In this document: piece by piece, positions 9,863 to 22,825 of the stretch | Numbering within the stretch: the stretch's first letter is position 1 | How the letters are laid out: every line of letters starts with the position of its first letter | From: Mobula hypostoma | Lineage: Eukaryota | Reading direction: 5' to 3' | DNA: 64,000 nucleotides | NCBI RefSeq assembly: GCF_963921235.1 | Contig: NC_086108.1 | Coordinates: 27,034,001 to 27,098,000, forward strand | Made by a program: the position numbers and the translations under genes | Notes under the pieces: generated by a model | Told to the model about the DNA's origin: nothing | The model's input: only the letters and a program-made list of their open reading frames with translations | Databases searched by the model: none

Positions 9863-12800
9863 ACAAGGAGATGGCTGATGAACTAAATGAGTATTTTGCA
9901 TCAGTCTACACTGTTGAAGACACTAGCAGTATGCCTAATGTTGTAGTGTGTGAAGGAGGAGAAGAGGGTGCAGTTACCATTACAAGAAAGAAGGTGCTCA
10001 AAAAGTTAAAAGACCTAAAAGTACATGAGACAAGAAGAACTTCACCCTAGAGTTCTGAAAGAGGTGACGTTAGAGATTGTGGTGGCATTAGAAATAATCT
10101 TTCAAAAATCATTGGACTCTAGCATGGTGCCAGAGAACTGGAAAACTGCAAATGTCACTCCACTCTTTAAGAAAGGAGGAAGGCAGTAGAAAGGAAATTA
10201 CAGGCCAGTTAGTCTGACCTCAATGGTTAGGAAGATGTTAGAGTCAATTGTTAAGGCTGAGGTGATGGAGTACTTGGTGACACAGGACAAGGTTGTACAA
10301 AGTCAGCATGGTCAGGGAAAATACTGCTTGACAAACCTGTTGGAATTCTTTGAGAAGATTACAAGCAGGATAGATAAAGGGGATGTAGTGGATGTTGCAT
10401 ATTTAAACTTTCAGAAGGCCTTTGACAAGGTGCCACACGTGAGGCTGCTTACCAAGTTAAGAGCCCATGGTATTGCAGGAAAATTACTAACACGGTTAGA
10501 GCATTGGCTGATTGGTAGGAGGCAGCGTGTGGGAATAAAAAGATCCTTTTCTGGTTGGATGCCAGTGACTAGTGGCATTCTGCAGGGGTCGGTGTTGTGA
10601 CCATTTCTTTTTATGTTGTATATAAATGACTTAGATGATAGAATAGGTGGCTTTGTTGCCAAATTTGCAGATGATACAGATTGGTGGAAGGGGCAGGTTT
10701 AGTGTTGAGGAAACAGGTAGGATGCAGAAAGACAGATTAGGAGAACGAGCAAGAAAGTGGTAATTGAAATATAATGTTGGAAAATGCATTGCCATGCACT
10801 TTGGTAGTAGAAATAAATGTGCAGACTGTTTTCTAAATGGGGAGAAAATCCAAAAATCTGAGATGCAAAGGGACTTGGGAGTCCTTGTGCAGAACACCCT
10901 TAAGGTTAACTTGCAAGTTGATTCAGTGGTGAGGAAGGCAAATGCCATGTTAGCATTCATTTCAAGAAGTATAGAATATAAGAGCAAGAATGTGATGCTT
11001 AAGTTTTACAATGCACTGGTAAGGCCTCACCTTGAGTATTATAAACACTTTGGAGCCCCTCATCTTAGAAAAGATGTGCTGGCATTGGAGAGAGTCCAGA
11101 GGAGGTTCACAAGGATGATTCTGGGAATGAAAGGGTTATCATACGAGGAACATTTGATGGCTCAGGTCTGTACTCACTGGAATTCAGAAGGAAGAGGGGA
11201 GATCTCATTGAAACCTTTCAAATGTTGAAAGGCCTAGACAGAGCAGATGTTAAAGGATGTTTCCTATGGCAGGAGAGTCTAGGATGAAATGGCACAGCCT
11301 CAGGATTGAGGGCCACCCTTTTAAAACAGAGACATGGAGAAATTTCTTCATCCAAAGGGTGGTGAACTTGTGGAATTTGTTGCCACATGCAGGTGTGGAG
11401 GCCAGGTCATTGGGTGTATTTAAGGCAGAGATTGATAGGTTCTTGATTGGACGTAGCATCAAAGGTTACGGGGAGAAGGCTGGGAACTGAGTTTGAGGAG
11501 GAGAAGAAAAAAAGGATCAGCCACGATTCATTGGCGGAACAGAATCGATGGGCCAGATGGCCTAATTCTGCTCCTACATTTTATGGTCTTATGGACTTCA
11601 GGTGGGTGAGGTGAGGGCTTTACCTGGAATGTACGTTTGGATTGGAATGGGTCAAGTAAACAGGCTGGGACGAGGCAGTCACCAGAACAGTGGTTGGGCA
11701 GTGTTAAGTCAGATGGCAGATTCACTTTGAAGAGCACAGGTCTGTATGTGTGGGGTGAGGGGTGTGAAGAGTGGGAAGGACAAGGATCATGGACCTGGGG
11801 AGCTCTGCAAGAGCCATTGTCTCTTAAAAAAGGTACACTTAAGCTAACATCCTAGCCGAAGTACTGATTCCGAGTCCCATTGCCAAAATGCCTTCCTAAC
11901 ATTGCTTAAAAAACTTTGACAGTATCCAGGGCTATTTGCATAATATTCACTCCTTTGACCTCTGACACAAAGTGGTTGAGTATTATGTGCAAAACTTCAT
12001 CAAACCCCCTTTGAGGAACTTTATTTTTTCACAATTTTGGTTCTGTCTTAGTACCCTTTGCCATGCACAGGCCCTGAATTTATTATCCAAAATCCTGGAA
12101 GTGGTTCCTATGTGTTGCATAGTGCAGGCTATTCCAGCTTCTTCTACACTAAAACTTTTAATCTACAGGAGACTTGAAGGATAAGTTGCTGGTACATCAA
12201 GCAGCAAGTACAGAATGTTCTGTCTTAAATAATCTTCATTAACCATAAATAGCATAACGTACAAAACCTTGGAGATTCTTTTTCTAGACAATTATGCTCA
12301 CCACCTAAAGCAACAGAAACAAAAATTAAAGTAGCTTTTTAAGTTCAAGAAATTCTATTTGCATTTAATTGTCATCAATGTGTAATGGTAAAATGAATCA
12401 CCAGTAACACTCAAAGTTTGCAGTATATTTGTAAAGACAGCAACTTTTGTGATACGTTACAAAATCTACAAAAAATGCATGTGTAGCTTTCAAGATTTGT
12501 ATCCAGAACAAATGGCTTTCAAGGGCATGATCTATAGAAATATATTTTTTTAAATGGCTACATATTAATTTTGCTATGAATGCATGATTGATGGCATGTG
12601 AGATAACTCCTTATTTTCAGGTTAATATGCAATTGATAATACCTTTTCATCTTCAGTTTTATTCCATCAATAAATGCCAATGAAGAGCATGTAAAACTGA
12701 GAACTTGAGAAAAACAGTCATCTGTTTTTAAAGCAGCCTGTCCTGGATTGGCATGGAATGACATAAATTAACTGACTCGGTATTAATCAATTGTTTAAAC

Positions 12801-13254
12801 TAGCCATCTTAATATTATTTACCATGTTCACCTAAGAGTAACATTTACAACAGAGGAAAGCCATCAAATTTTGACCAGGGTGAATAAAATGCCAATTTGT
12901 TCCCCTTCGATTGTTCTTCAAACAAAAGCAAAATAGTTCCTTAATCTATGTAAAGAATAGTTTCCTGGAAAATATTTTGTTAAACAAAATTTTGCAAATC
13001 AACAGGTAGATGAAATGCATTATAGACATTTTGGTGCAATGTATTCCTCTGAGCATGCTATTCATTACAGTGAAAAATAGCTTTGTAAATCAAAAATGCA
13101 CACCCCAACGAATCAATGTTTCATAGTGCAAATTTGCAAAATCAAGGAATTACTGTATCAGATAATGAAATTTTTAAGTGGAATCTTCTCCTGCTTTTTC
13201 AGGAGTCATTGAAAATCGTACAGCCATTAACATTTAGATGCAATTTTAGAATGA

Positions 13255-13610
13255 TTGCTGGACTTTAGAAGAATAAGAGGGGGATCTCATTGAAACCTAT
13301 CAAATATTGAGAGGCCCAGATAGAGTGGATGTGGATAGGATCTTTCCTATATTGGAGGAGGCTGAGACCAAAGGGCACAGTCTCAGAATAGAGTGATGTC
13401 CATTTAGAACAGAGATGAGGGGGCCAAGTCATTGGGTATACTTAAATTGGAGATTGATAGGTACTTGATTAATCAGGATGTCAAAGTAACTGAGAGAAGG
13501 CAGAAGAATGGGTTTGACAGGGATAATGAATCAGCCATGATGGAATGGTGGAGCAGACTTGGAGGGCTGAATGGTTTAATTTTGCTCATATCTCTTATGA
13601 TCTTATGATT
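13255..13610 (+). mobile_element. CR1 LINE 3' fragment
   Basis: RGDLIETY-like segment, GGGCACAGTCTCAGAATA, and tail CTTATGATCTTATGA. Confidence 0.75.
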
Positions 13611-15329
13611 TTCTGTTTTCTTTCTGAAGGATAGTCTGCAGAATAACAATAATTTAAATCAATCCCTAAAACCAGTCCTCTCCTCACAGTACTCATGGAG
13701 GGATACTTCCAGACGAATAAGGGAAGTAGAGGATGGACAAAAAAAATCAACTTTTTAAATATTTAAGTAGATCTAACCAATTAGAATATTTCTGACTAAC
13801 CCTTCTAGCATCCATTGATGAAAACCTCTGAACTCTGCTGGAAAGTTCTTGAATGATTTGGAAAGCCAAAGAATATGAATGTAATTTTCTGGGTTTTGTA
13901 CAACAAATGTTAGCATAATTTAATTTCGAATTGATGTAGCTTCAATATTTGCATGGCTATTTATGCATAGAGATGGTGACTTTTTCCGTAGCCTTCCTTT
14001 GCTCTCTTCGGGGAGCTAAGTACGTCAAGTCTCACTGAGCTTGCTTGGATTTAGGTCTCTTGAATTCTTAATGAATCTCATCAGCAACTGAATACACAAT
14101 AACTTTGCCTCTTTTGCGTCAATGCATTCTAGAACAAAAAAAGGATGCAGCTGCCAGAAAGCTCAGGAGAGAATTTGTTGGAAACATGAGGTCAGAGGTT
14201 GATGGGTATTGAGGAGATTAAGGTTGGGTTTGAGGTGTAGTCAAGACATGGGTCACGCAAGACTGCCTTCATCTCCTCACTGCCTGGCAGTGTTGGCCAG
14301 AAAGAACTACAGTTTACAAAATTTGAATGAATCAAAGGCAGTGGAAGTAGACAGACCAATTGTCTTTGTTCTTGGCATGAGGTTGATGAAATGGAGGCTG
14401 CCATTTTGTGAAGTTGCTCTGCATCCTCCATTTTGAGAACTGGGTTTGCTTGGCTGAATCTATGTTTTAAAGTAAAAACAATGATGCTCCAGGTAATCTG
14501 TCGGACAATAGATCACTTCCAAATAAGAAGTTATTTGTGAGGTGAACATTGGCATGATATAACATGCAGGTATGTGAATGGCGAGGCCTGTGTCTGCTCG
14601 GAGTGATTCGAGCTGGTTACTGGTTAGGTAACTGATTTAGAACGAAGAGTCATAAATTACCAGTTGTCACTTGCAGAAGAAGGCAATAAATGGATGCTGG
14701 CTTGGACCAGAACCAGTAAGAAAGTGATATGTCAGTCAGATGACCCACAGCCAAGAAGACTGAAATATGACTTCTGAAAAGGTAAGGAAATAGTATAAAA
14801 ACAGTGGCATTGAATGCGAAGAAGCGACAGCTCTCCAGATACCAACCATCATGGGTGTGGAGTACCCCATCCACACATGGAGATTAGATTGGGACCATGA
14901 GGAACACATGGGCTGAGTAGAATCCTTTTCCGAGTATTACCTTTTCTATTCATTAACTGTTCATGGAGGGTCAGGAAATCTTAGTAGGTTGCACACGGGT
15001 ATTAGGTTGGGTAAATTCACATACCTTTTAGTTGAGACCATAAAGGTACTTGTCAGTAAATACATATTCTCTCTGTGCCTGACTGATCATTATTACTAAG
15101 GGATGAATCCTTGTAACAGTAGATTTCTCACTGCTGTTCTTTTATGTCCATTCAGCCAGTCTTATTCTGGCTCTGTCGGATCTTGTAAAATGTGATGTTT
15201 GCTCTTTGGAAAGTCATGTCATGTCCAGAGTACCAAATGTTATCATTCTTGGAATATTGGAATAATTGGGTCAGCTCCTCCTTCACTTGGTGACATACGT
15301 TGGCTTTAACTGAACCGCAAGTTACAAAA

Positions 15330-16720
15330 TATTGGTTAGGCCACACTTGGAGTTCTGGTCACCGTACTATTGCAAGGATGTGATTGTGTTGGAGAAAATG
15401 CAGAGGAGATTCACCAGGATGTATCCTTGATACTTAGTTATGGGGAGAAATTGGGAAGATTGATTTTGTTTTCCCTGGAGTGAAGGAGGCTGAGGGATGA
15501 CTTGATAAAGGATGTAAAATTATGAGAGGTACGGACAGGGTAGGTGGCTAAAACTCCCCCTCCCTCCATGGTAGGAGTATCAAACTCAGAAAAAACAGGA
15601 ATATCAGAATCAGAATCAATTTTATTATCATTGGCATACGTCATGCAATTTGTTGTTTTACAGCAGCAGTACAGAGTGATACATAAAAAATTACTGTAAG
15701 TTATAACAAAAAAAAACAAATTAATGTGTAGTGCAAAAAGTGAGCAAAATAGTGAGGTTGTGTCCATGAGTTCCTGAGCCATTCAAAAATCTGATGGCAG
15801 AGGGGAATTAGCTGTTCCTAAAATGTTGAGTGTGTGTCTTGAATCTCCTGTACCTCCTCTCTGATGGTAGTAATGACAGGAGTGAATGCCCTAGGTCATG
15901 AGGGTCTTTAATGACGGATGCCACCTTCTTGAAAATTGTCTTTTGAAGATGCTCTCGATGATAGGGAGGCTAGTGCCTCTGCAGAGGGTGGTGCAGGCAG
16001 TCCAGCGCATCTGTAGATGTGAACTTCCCACTATTCAGGACATTTACAGAAACAGGTGTGCAAAAAGGACCCGAGTCACCCCAATCACAAACTGTTCCAG
16101 CTGTTACCATCCGGGAAACGGTACCGTAGCATTAAAGCTAGGAACAACAGGCTCCAGGACAGCTTCTTCCACCAGGCCATCAGACTGATTAATTCATGCT
16201 GACACAATTTCTATGCTAAATTGACTGTCCTGCTGTACATACTATTTATGACAAATTGCTATAAGTTGCATATTGCACATTTAGACAGAGATGTACCATA
16301 AAGATTTTTACTCCTCACGGATATGAAGGAAGTAAGAAATAAAGTCAATTCATTCATTCATGATGGAGCTGGCTGAGATGACATACCTCTGTAAACTTCT
16401 CTGATTCTGTGCATTGGCACTTCTATGCCAGAGGTTGATTCAACCAGTCAGAATGTTCTCCACATTACTTGTGCAGAAATTTACGAGGGTCTTTGATGAC
16501 AATGATTTTTTATCCCTCTTGATATCTGGAATGCTCTGCTACAAGAGGTGGTCAAATCAGACATATTTGCTATGTTTCAAAGACGCTTAGACAGAGGCTT
16601 AAATAGGCAAGGCGTCGACAGGTATGGTCCTAACGCAGGTGAATGAGATTAGTATTGAGCTGAAGGGTCTTATTCTATGCTGTACAACCCTCTGGCTCTA
16701 TGATTTTATGACTCCATGAT
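15330..16720. mobile_element. Old CR1 3' fragment (+) interrupted by a Rex1-type fragment (-, about 15603-16500) that contains another Rex1-type 3' end (+, about 15978-16300)
   Basis: CR1 motifs at 15335-15600 and 16500-16720; (ATCAGA)n tail at 15603; ORF 15898..16188 contains LQRVVQAVQRICRCELPTIQDIY (Rex1 C-terminus). Confidence 0.6.
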
Positions 16721-17268
16721 CTTTCTTAACTTAATAACCATTATTTGTCAAATATCAAAGCCTGGAGTTATGACAAGATTCTGTATTTACTAAGAGAAGA
16801 AAGGTTGGTATATTGCATTAAAAGTACATGAAAACACTTTGCATGAGAAGCTTGAGCTTTAAGTTAAATGGAATTTCCTGCGTGGGTAGACACCTGATGG
16901 CTACTTCTCATAAAATACGCAGACTGGTTTCAAACCATTGCTTCAGGGAATAGATCCAAAGTCTTCAGGTTGCTTCCAGTCTCTCCTTTATAATACAGCG
17001 AGCCCCTTCAATGTGATTACTGAAAATCCAAGGTTGAGAAAATGGAGGGGTCTTTAACAGGGTAATGCTAACACCAGCTGCTCTCTGCCATAGCTGCCTG
17101 TGTAGGAATTACCTTCAGTTTCTCTGTTCTATGCCTTTGGAAGTTGAGAGAATGAGAAACTGAGTGGTCACACCAACAGTGTGGAAAGTGGACACGGTGG
17201 TGGAGAGGTCAGACTGAGTTGTAGAGGGGAAGAATAGATGGGTTGAGAGATGGTGCTTTCCCATACCA

Positions 17269-18140
17269 CTTCAAAGTAAAATTTATTATCAGAGTGCATA
17301 CATGTCACCACATACAACCCTGAGATTCTTCTTCCCATGGGCATACGCAGCAAATGTATAGAACAGGAACTGTAAACAGGATCAATGAAAGAGCAAGAGC
17401 ACAGAAGACAATAAACTGTGCAAATGTAAACATAATAAATAATGGGCATGAAATAACAAGATGAAGAGTCCTTAAAGTGAGATCATTGGTTGTGGGAACA
17501 TCTCAATAGATGAATGTGGTTATCCTCTTTTGTTCAAGAGCCTGATAGTTGAGGGGTAGTAACTGTTCTTGAACTGGGTAGTACAAGTCCTGAGGCACTT
17601 GTACTTTCTACCTGATGGCAGCAGCGAGAACAAAGCATGGCCTAGCTGGTGAGGATCTTTGATAATGGGTGCTGCTTTCCTACGAGGGTGTTTCACGTAG
17701 ATGTGCTCAATGGCTGGGGAGGTTTTACCCATGATGTACAGATTCAAATCCACTAGCTTTCGTAGGATTTGCCACTCAAAGACATTGGTGTTGCCATACC
17801 TGGCAGTAATGCAGCCGGTCAGCACACTTTACACCATGCATCTATAGAAGTCTGCCAAGGTCTTGGATAACATGCTAAACCTCTGCAGACTCCCGAGGAA
17901 ACAGACTCCTGTTGTGCTTTTTTTGAAATTATATTGATATGATCAGCCCAGGACAGGTCCTCTGAGATAGAGACACCCTAGAATTTAATGTTACTGACCA
18001 TCTCTATCTCTGATCCCCCAGTGATTACTGGCCCATGGACCTCTGATTTCCCTCCCTTGAAGTCTACAATCAGTTCCTTGGTCTTGCTGACGTAGAGTGA
18101 GAGGCTGTTGTTATGACACCACTCAGCCAAATTTTCAATC
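17269..18140 (-). mobile_element. Rex1/Babar LINE 3' fragment
   Basis: ORF 17520..17825: LTGCITARYGN...IIKDPHQLGHALFSLLPSGRKYKCLRTCTTQFKNSYYPSTIRLLN. Confidence 0.8.
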
Positions 18141-19209
18141 CTTGCATAATGTGCAAGTGAAGCATTTTTGTCAATATAAATTAAATTAATATATTAACAA
18201 AATTTATTTACGGTTGAACATCATGTCAGTGCCATATTCACACGTAGAATGAAATACTCCATCTGCAGGGTGGACGATTTTGCACTTGAGATAATCTTTT
18301 AATAGCACAATTTCAAGCCTTGCCATTCACTATCACAGGTTACAGAAGATATGAAAAGAAAAGGGAATACATTTGGAGCCTTCTTTGAGCAGGGATATAG
18401 ACCAAAAGCAAAAATTTGCAAGAGGATTGACAATCTAACCTCCACATGATAAAGTGTGCCTTCACTACATTGCCCTTGAGATTATAAGCATAACCTTCAA
18501 CTATCCTTTTGCAGCAGCATCCAATGCAGTCTGTGCTGAGGGAACTGTTTAACTTGCTGGTTATGTTCAGGAACAATTCTAGTTACAAGGTGTTACATTT
18601 CACATCCTCTCACATGATAATGCAGATGGCAGAATTCTGAAAACAGAAATTGCTTTAAACAATCACGCAGCAGGAAAGGCACCTGTGGTGAGGGGAGCAG
18701 CTAGCAGTTCAGTGACCTTCCAATCAGTTCTCTATCCTTGGATTGCTCCCCCATTGCTTTCCCTCAGCATGGCCTGCTGTCTGCAAACTTAGAAAGTCGC
18801 CAATGTCATCCTTCTTATATTCTAACGTTTCTTTGACGTTGTTTCCCACTCCATCAGATTGTGGTGCAGTACTGACCTATTTTTCAAAGCTTTGATAGCT
18901 CTCATTTCTAAGGGTGAATCCAATGAAATCTCTGAATGCAGAGCTGCTGTGAACTGGCACAGCTATCTGTAATGAGCTCTTTCTGCTTTATTGCTTTGCT
19001 ACAATCTCCGAATCAGTAGAATATATAACCACAACCAATATCAAACCTTTTGAACAATTGTGGATTTACTGTGATTCTCCCCCAAATCCTCCATCCCTAG
19101 ATTCACAAATCTGCTGTAAGCATGTGGATATCAACGACAACCTGCAGTTCAATAGCACCTCTAACAGAATAAAACCTCCCAAACATTTCTAATGTCTAAC
19201 TTCAAACAT

Positions 19210-20700
19210 TAAGTCATAGGGAAATACAGCACAGAAACAGGCTCTTTGGTCCATTGAGTCCACACTGACCATCAAGCACCATTTACACTAATCCAATATT
19301 AGTCCCTTTTTTTATTCTTTCCGCATTTTTTTCACCTTCCCCTAGATTCTACCATTTGTGATGGTATTGGGTTTGCTGACCAGAAAGATCTAAACTCAAA
19401 CAAAGATCCTAAGCTCTATCCGATTATAGATAGCTACAGATATCCTCACTAAAGGGAAATTACATTGTAACCAGCTACTCATCAAATATTAGTTCAATTC
19501 CCTGTTTATCTTCCATGGCAAACTTAGCTGCCAATACCCACTCTTTGAGTGGTGAGCCCCTTCCCAACCAAGGAGGAGGTACTTCCAGCTTACAGAGTAC
19601 CTTAAACACAGTTCATTTATTTTCAGTGATACATGTATACATCCACAAAAGCTTCTTAAAACACATTTAATACTCACAGTGGATCTCTATCTTATAAAGT
19701 ATTTCCAAATTACAAACAATTTCTAAACACAATGGATTTCTAAAACCCAGGTACAATTCATTTTAAGCTAATAAGACGTACGCACAAGGTGTAGACTAAC
19801 AACTCTTCTGTCTCAGAAATCAAAGGCAGAGGAATGGAGTCTAGTTCACCCTGTGTGTCTGTCATTCTTCTCGATGTTTCTGGACCATTCCTAATAAGCC
19901 TGACTGTTCTCTTAGACTTTTCTGTTTTTCTGCCACTTGGGTGGCTTCAGACATGTATGATACTTTTTCAGATACCTTTTCACACAGGTGGTCTAGAAGC
20001 TTCTGGAGGCTAATTTCTCAGTTACCAAAATTAATGCTGTGAACCTGACCCCCTGCACACACAATCTTCCAACTATTAATAGATCAGCTATTTAATATGC
20101 TTAATAATATTATCAATCTGATCTGCAAGCTTCTTTGCATGAAACAACTCAGCCAACATTGTCTAGTTTGAAACAAGCATAACTGACCTCACATTGCACC
20201 TCTTGAGCAATTAGCCCAGGTGTTGTTGGCCAGCATCTGTGCTATATAGACAGTGTTTGTTTGCAAAGCTGTCCTTATAACTTCAAACTGATTACTGCCT
20301 ATAATTTACCTTATGAATGGAAGACTGGCTCCCAATTACAACAAGCAGCTGAACAAGGAATATTGGTTGGAAATTTAATTAACTGAAAAAATAACCCTTT
20401 AACCTCTAGGAGCTCACAGCTGCTGCATTTAGAAAGCTGTGCTTAGCTATAAAATAAAAAGGGCCTCTGGGCCCTGAACAGCAAATATCCATTACACATT
20501 CACCTACACACCAGAGGCAATTTACATTGACCAGTTAATATATGAACCTGCAAGTCTTTGGGATATGAAAAGAAAACAGAGCACCCAGACAAAACCCATA
20601 GAGTCACCAGGAAGAACCTACAAACTCCATGCAGAGAGCACCCAAGGTCAGGATTGAAGCTGGGTCTCTGACATTGTGAGACAGGAGCTCTGGGCCACAC
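19210..20700 (-). mobile_element. V-SINE (HE1-like) split by a solo LTR
   Basis: CR1-like tail at 19210-19356. V-domain and tRNA-like head (GAAACCCA..GTCAC..GGAGAAC..CAAACTCCA; CAGGATTGAA.CTGGGTC) at 20497-20700. Confidence 0.65.
19357..20496. mobile_element. Solo LTR (about 1.14 kb)
   Basis: TG...CA ends with short terminal inverted repeats (TGTGATGGTATT...AATATCCATTACA) and 4-bp TSD CATT at 19353-19356 and 20497-20500; interrupts a SINE. Confidence 0.7.
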
Positions 20701-21164
20701 ACTCTGTGACTGTGCAGAAGAGTGAGATAGAGCAGCACTAGGTAGGTAACATGCTGAAGTCAGAAGGCATGTCTTGTCTAATGTCTGGGCTGGGTCTGAT
20801 GCTTGTTTCAAGGACTGAGGTTGGACAGGAGCTGGGTCCTAGAGATAACACAAGGGTTAGGATTAGCTCAGGGTCTGGGCAGGAAGGGGAATAACTTGCA
20901 TAAACTGCACACTGAAAATTGAGGTGGTGAGGAAGCAACGCTCTAAGTTTGGAATCAGCTCCATTTCAGGCAAATGTTTAATGGGAATCTGAGTAAGAAT
21001 GTGTGAGAGAGAACCCAGTGATACATGCAAAGATGGCAGCATAGGTTTGGGTAACCCTTGAATACTGGGACAGATTTTGAAGATGTGGGTTAAATACATA
21101 TTGTTTATTAGACTCCTGTACACTTGTAAAGGAATTAGTGTTTTCAAAGTCAAAATGAAAATCC

Positions 21165-21380
21165 AAAGACAGCAAATGGTTGAAATCTGAAACAAAAAAA
21201 CACAAGGCACCCCACAGGTCATGCAGCATCTGTAGGCAGAGGGGCAAGGGGCCTGTAATTGAACATTTATTTTGCTTACCTACTTTTCCAGTTCTGATAA
21301 ACAGTCATTAACCTGACATGTTTATCTTTCCATTGAAGTTGCCTGACCCACCAAGCGTTTCAAATATTTTCTATTTTTCC
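21165..21380. mobile_element. Very old palindromic pLTR-only Penelope remnant
   Basis: Left part resembles the minus pLTR end (CAGGTCA.GCAGCATCTGT). Right part has a decayed hammerhead (CAGTTCTGATAAAC...CCTGACATGTT) and TTGCCTGACC. Confidence 0.4.
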
Positions 21381-21917
21381 TTCAAATTCAAGAGTCTCCC
21401 AGCTTGAAACTCCATCAGGTTAATAGGGTGGTCTCTGCATAACTTTGCATTTCATACAAAGCATGATGATTGTTGGTTGTTGAAGGTGAATCATCCCAGC
21501 CCTAGGACATCACTGCAGAAATTCTTCAGGACACAGAAACATTTTCGTATGTTTCTCCAATAATAAATTCAGAAATGTGTATTTTCATTATCAGTTCAAT
21601 TCACAGCTCCTCAACAAGTGAAGCAGCCCATGCCTCTGGAAGGTACTGCCTGCATATATGGTGGCACAGGCTTCACTGAGTCAAGATATTGCGGCGAACA
21701 TTTGGTACATAATGACAGATGAGGAAGCTCCGTAAACCCAACAACAGTTTTTATTGTGATAAATACCGAAACAGACTGGGTACCATGACCCAGAGAGAGA
21801 ACCCAACCAGTCTCATACATACGGGAGAGGTGACCATCACACACCCCGGTTACAGTTAGGGTGATGTACAAATACACAAACGAACAATTGTAGAACCCAA
21901 GTTAAAATCTAACAATT

Positions 21918-22600
21918 AGGAGGAGGAGAAGATGGCGATGCGACACAGCTTGCGCGGCCACTCTGGTGAATGATATCTGTAATCTGTCAAGTAGCGTGCC
22001 ACGCACAATCCTGATTTGATGGAGACAGACGTGAGAGAACGGAGGAACATCTGAAGAAACTTCTGAAATGCCTTTTTCACTGCTGCTGTTACTGTGTGAT
22101 CCAGAATCTCCGGAGGGGAAGGCCCCGAATCCTCGGCTTTGCTTGTTGCTCGGCGGCCGAGACAGGGTCGAAGCGCTCGGCAGAGATGGTGCTCGGTGTT
22201 GAAGGGCTGGTCGGAGGCTCGAAGTTTTCAGACAGACTCAGAGCCGGCTGTGGTCGAGTGTTTCCAATGCATCGACAGTTGTCGGTGCCTGGAAGTTTAT
22301 GGCAGAGAGAGTTTCTCCCTTCTGCTGCCTGCTATCGGGGACTATTGGGAGTCAATCTGAACTTTGAGATTTTGGTTTTTTACCGTTCCCATGGTCTGCT
22401 TTTTATCAAATTATGGTACTGCTTTGCTCTGCTGTAACTATATGTTATAATTATGTGGTCTTGTCAGTGTTAGTCTTTGGTTTGTCCTGTTTTTTTTTGT
22501 GATATCACTCTGGAAGAACATTGTATCATTTCTTAACGCATGCATGCATTTCTAAACGACAGTAAGCGAGGACTGAGTGCCCTCATAATCAAAATCTAAA
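21918..22600 (+). mobile_element. Non-autonomous retroelement, apparently full-length (AAGATGGCG start, AATCT tail)
   Basis: Begins GGAGAAGATGGCG, has a GC/CpG-rich body and a 3' end shared with 2665-3245. No coding capacity. Confidence 0.7.
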
Positions 22601-22825
22601 TGAACTGCAACTTCCAACCATAATCCCACAAAAGCATTCTGACACAAGAACAATAAACAGTGCTGGTCATTAGAAATGCAGGAGCCAGTTGCCAACCGCA
22701 GCCACCCCAAGAGCACTACTATATATATGGGAGAAAGAGTTGGCAAGGATATAGAAAATTGGCCATGGCTGAAAGCTGAGCAATGCTCTGGTAGAGAGCT
22801 AGTACACAGGATGGGCTAAATAAGA

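Larger units (their letters stand above)
6440..11595 (+). mobile_element. Older CR1 LINE (ORF2 APE C-terminus + RT + 3' UTR), split by a younger CR1 (6851-9095) and a SINE (9570-9862)
   Basis: The APE segment (VMGDFN...) at 6440-6850 resumes at 9096 (..WSKGNYSGMREELAKV). RT fragments in ORFs 10223..10600, 10764..11228 and 11257..11490. Ends in CCTAATTCTGCTCCTA...TTATGGTCTTATGG. Confidence 0.9.

Noticed and set aside
14180..15118. Possible solo LTR ending in TGTAACA
   Set aside because: I could not identify a matching 5' TG terminus or a TSD.
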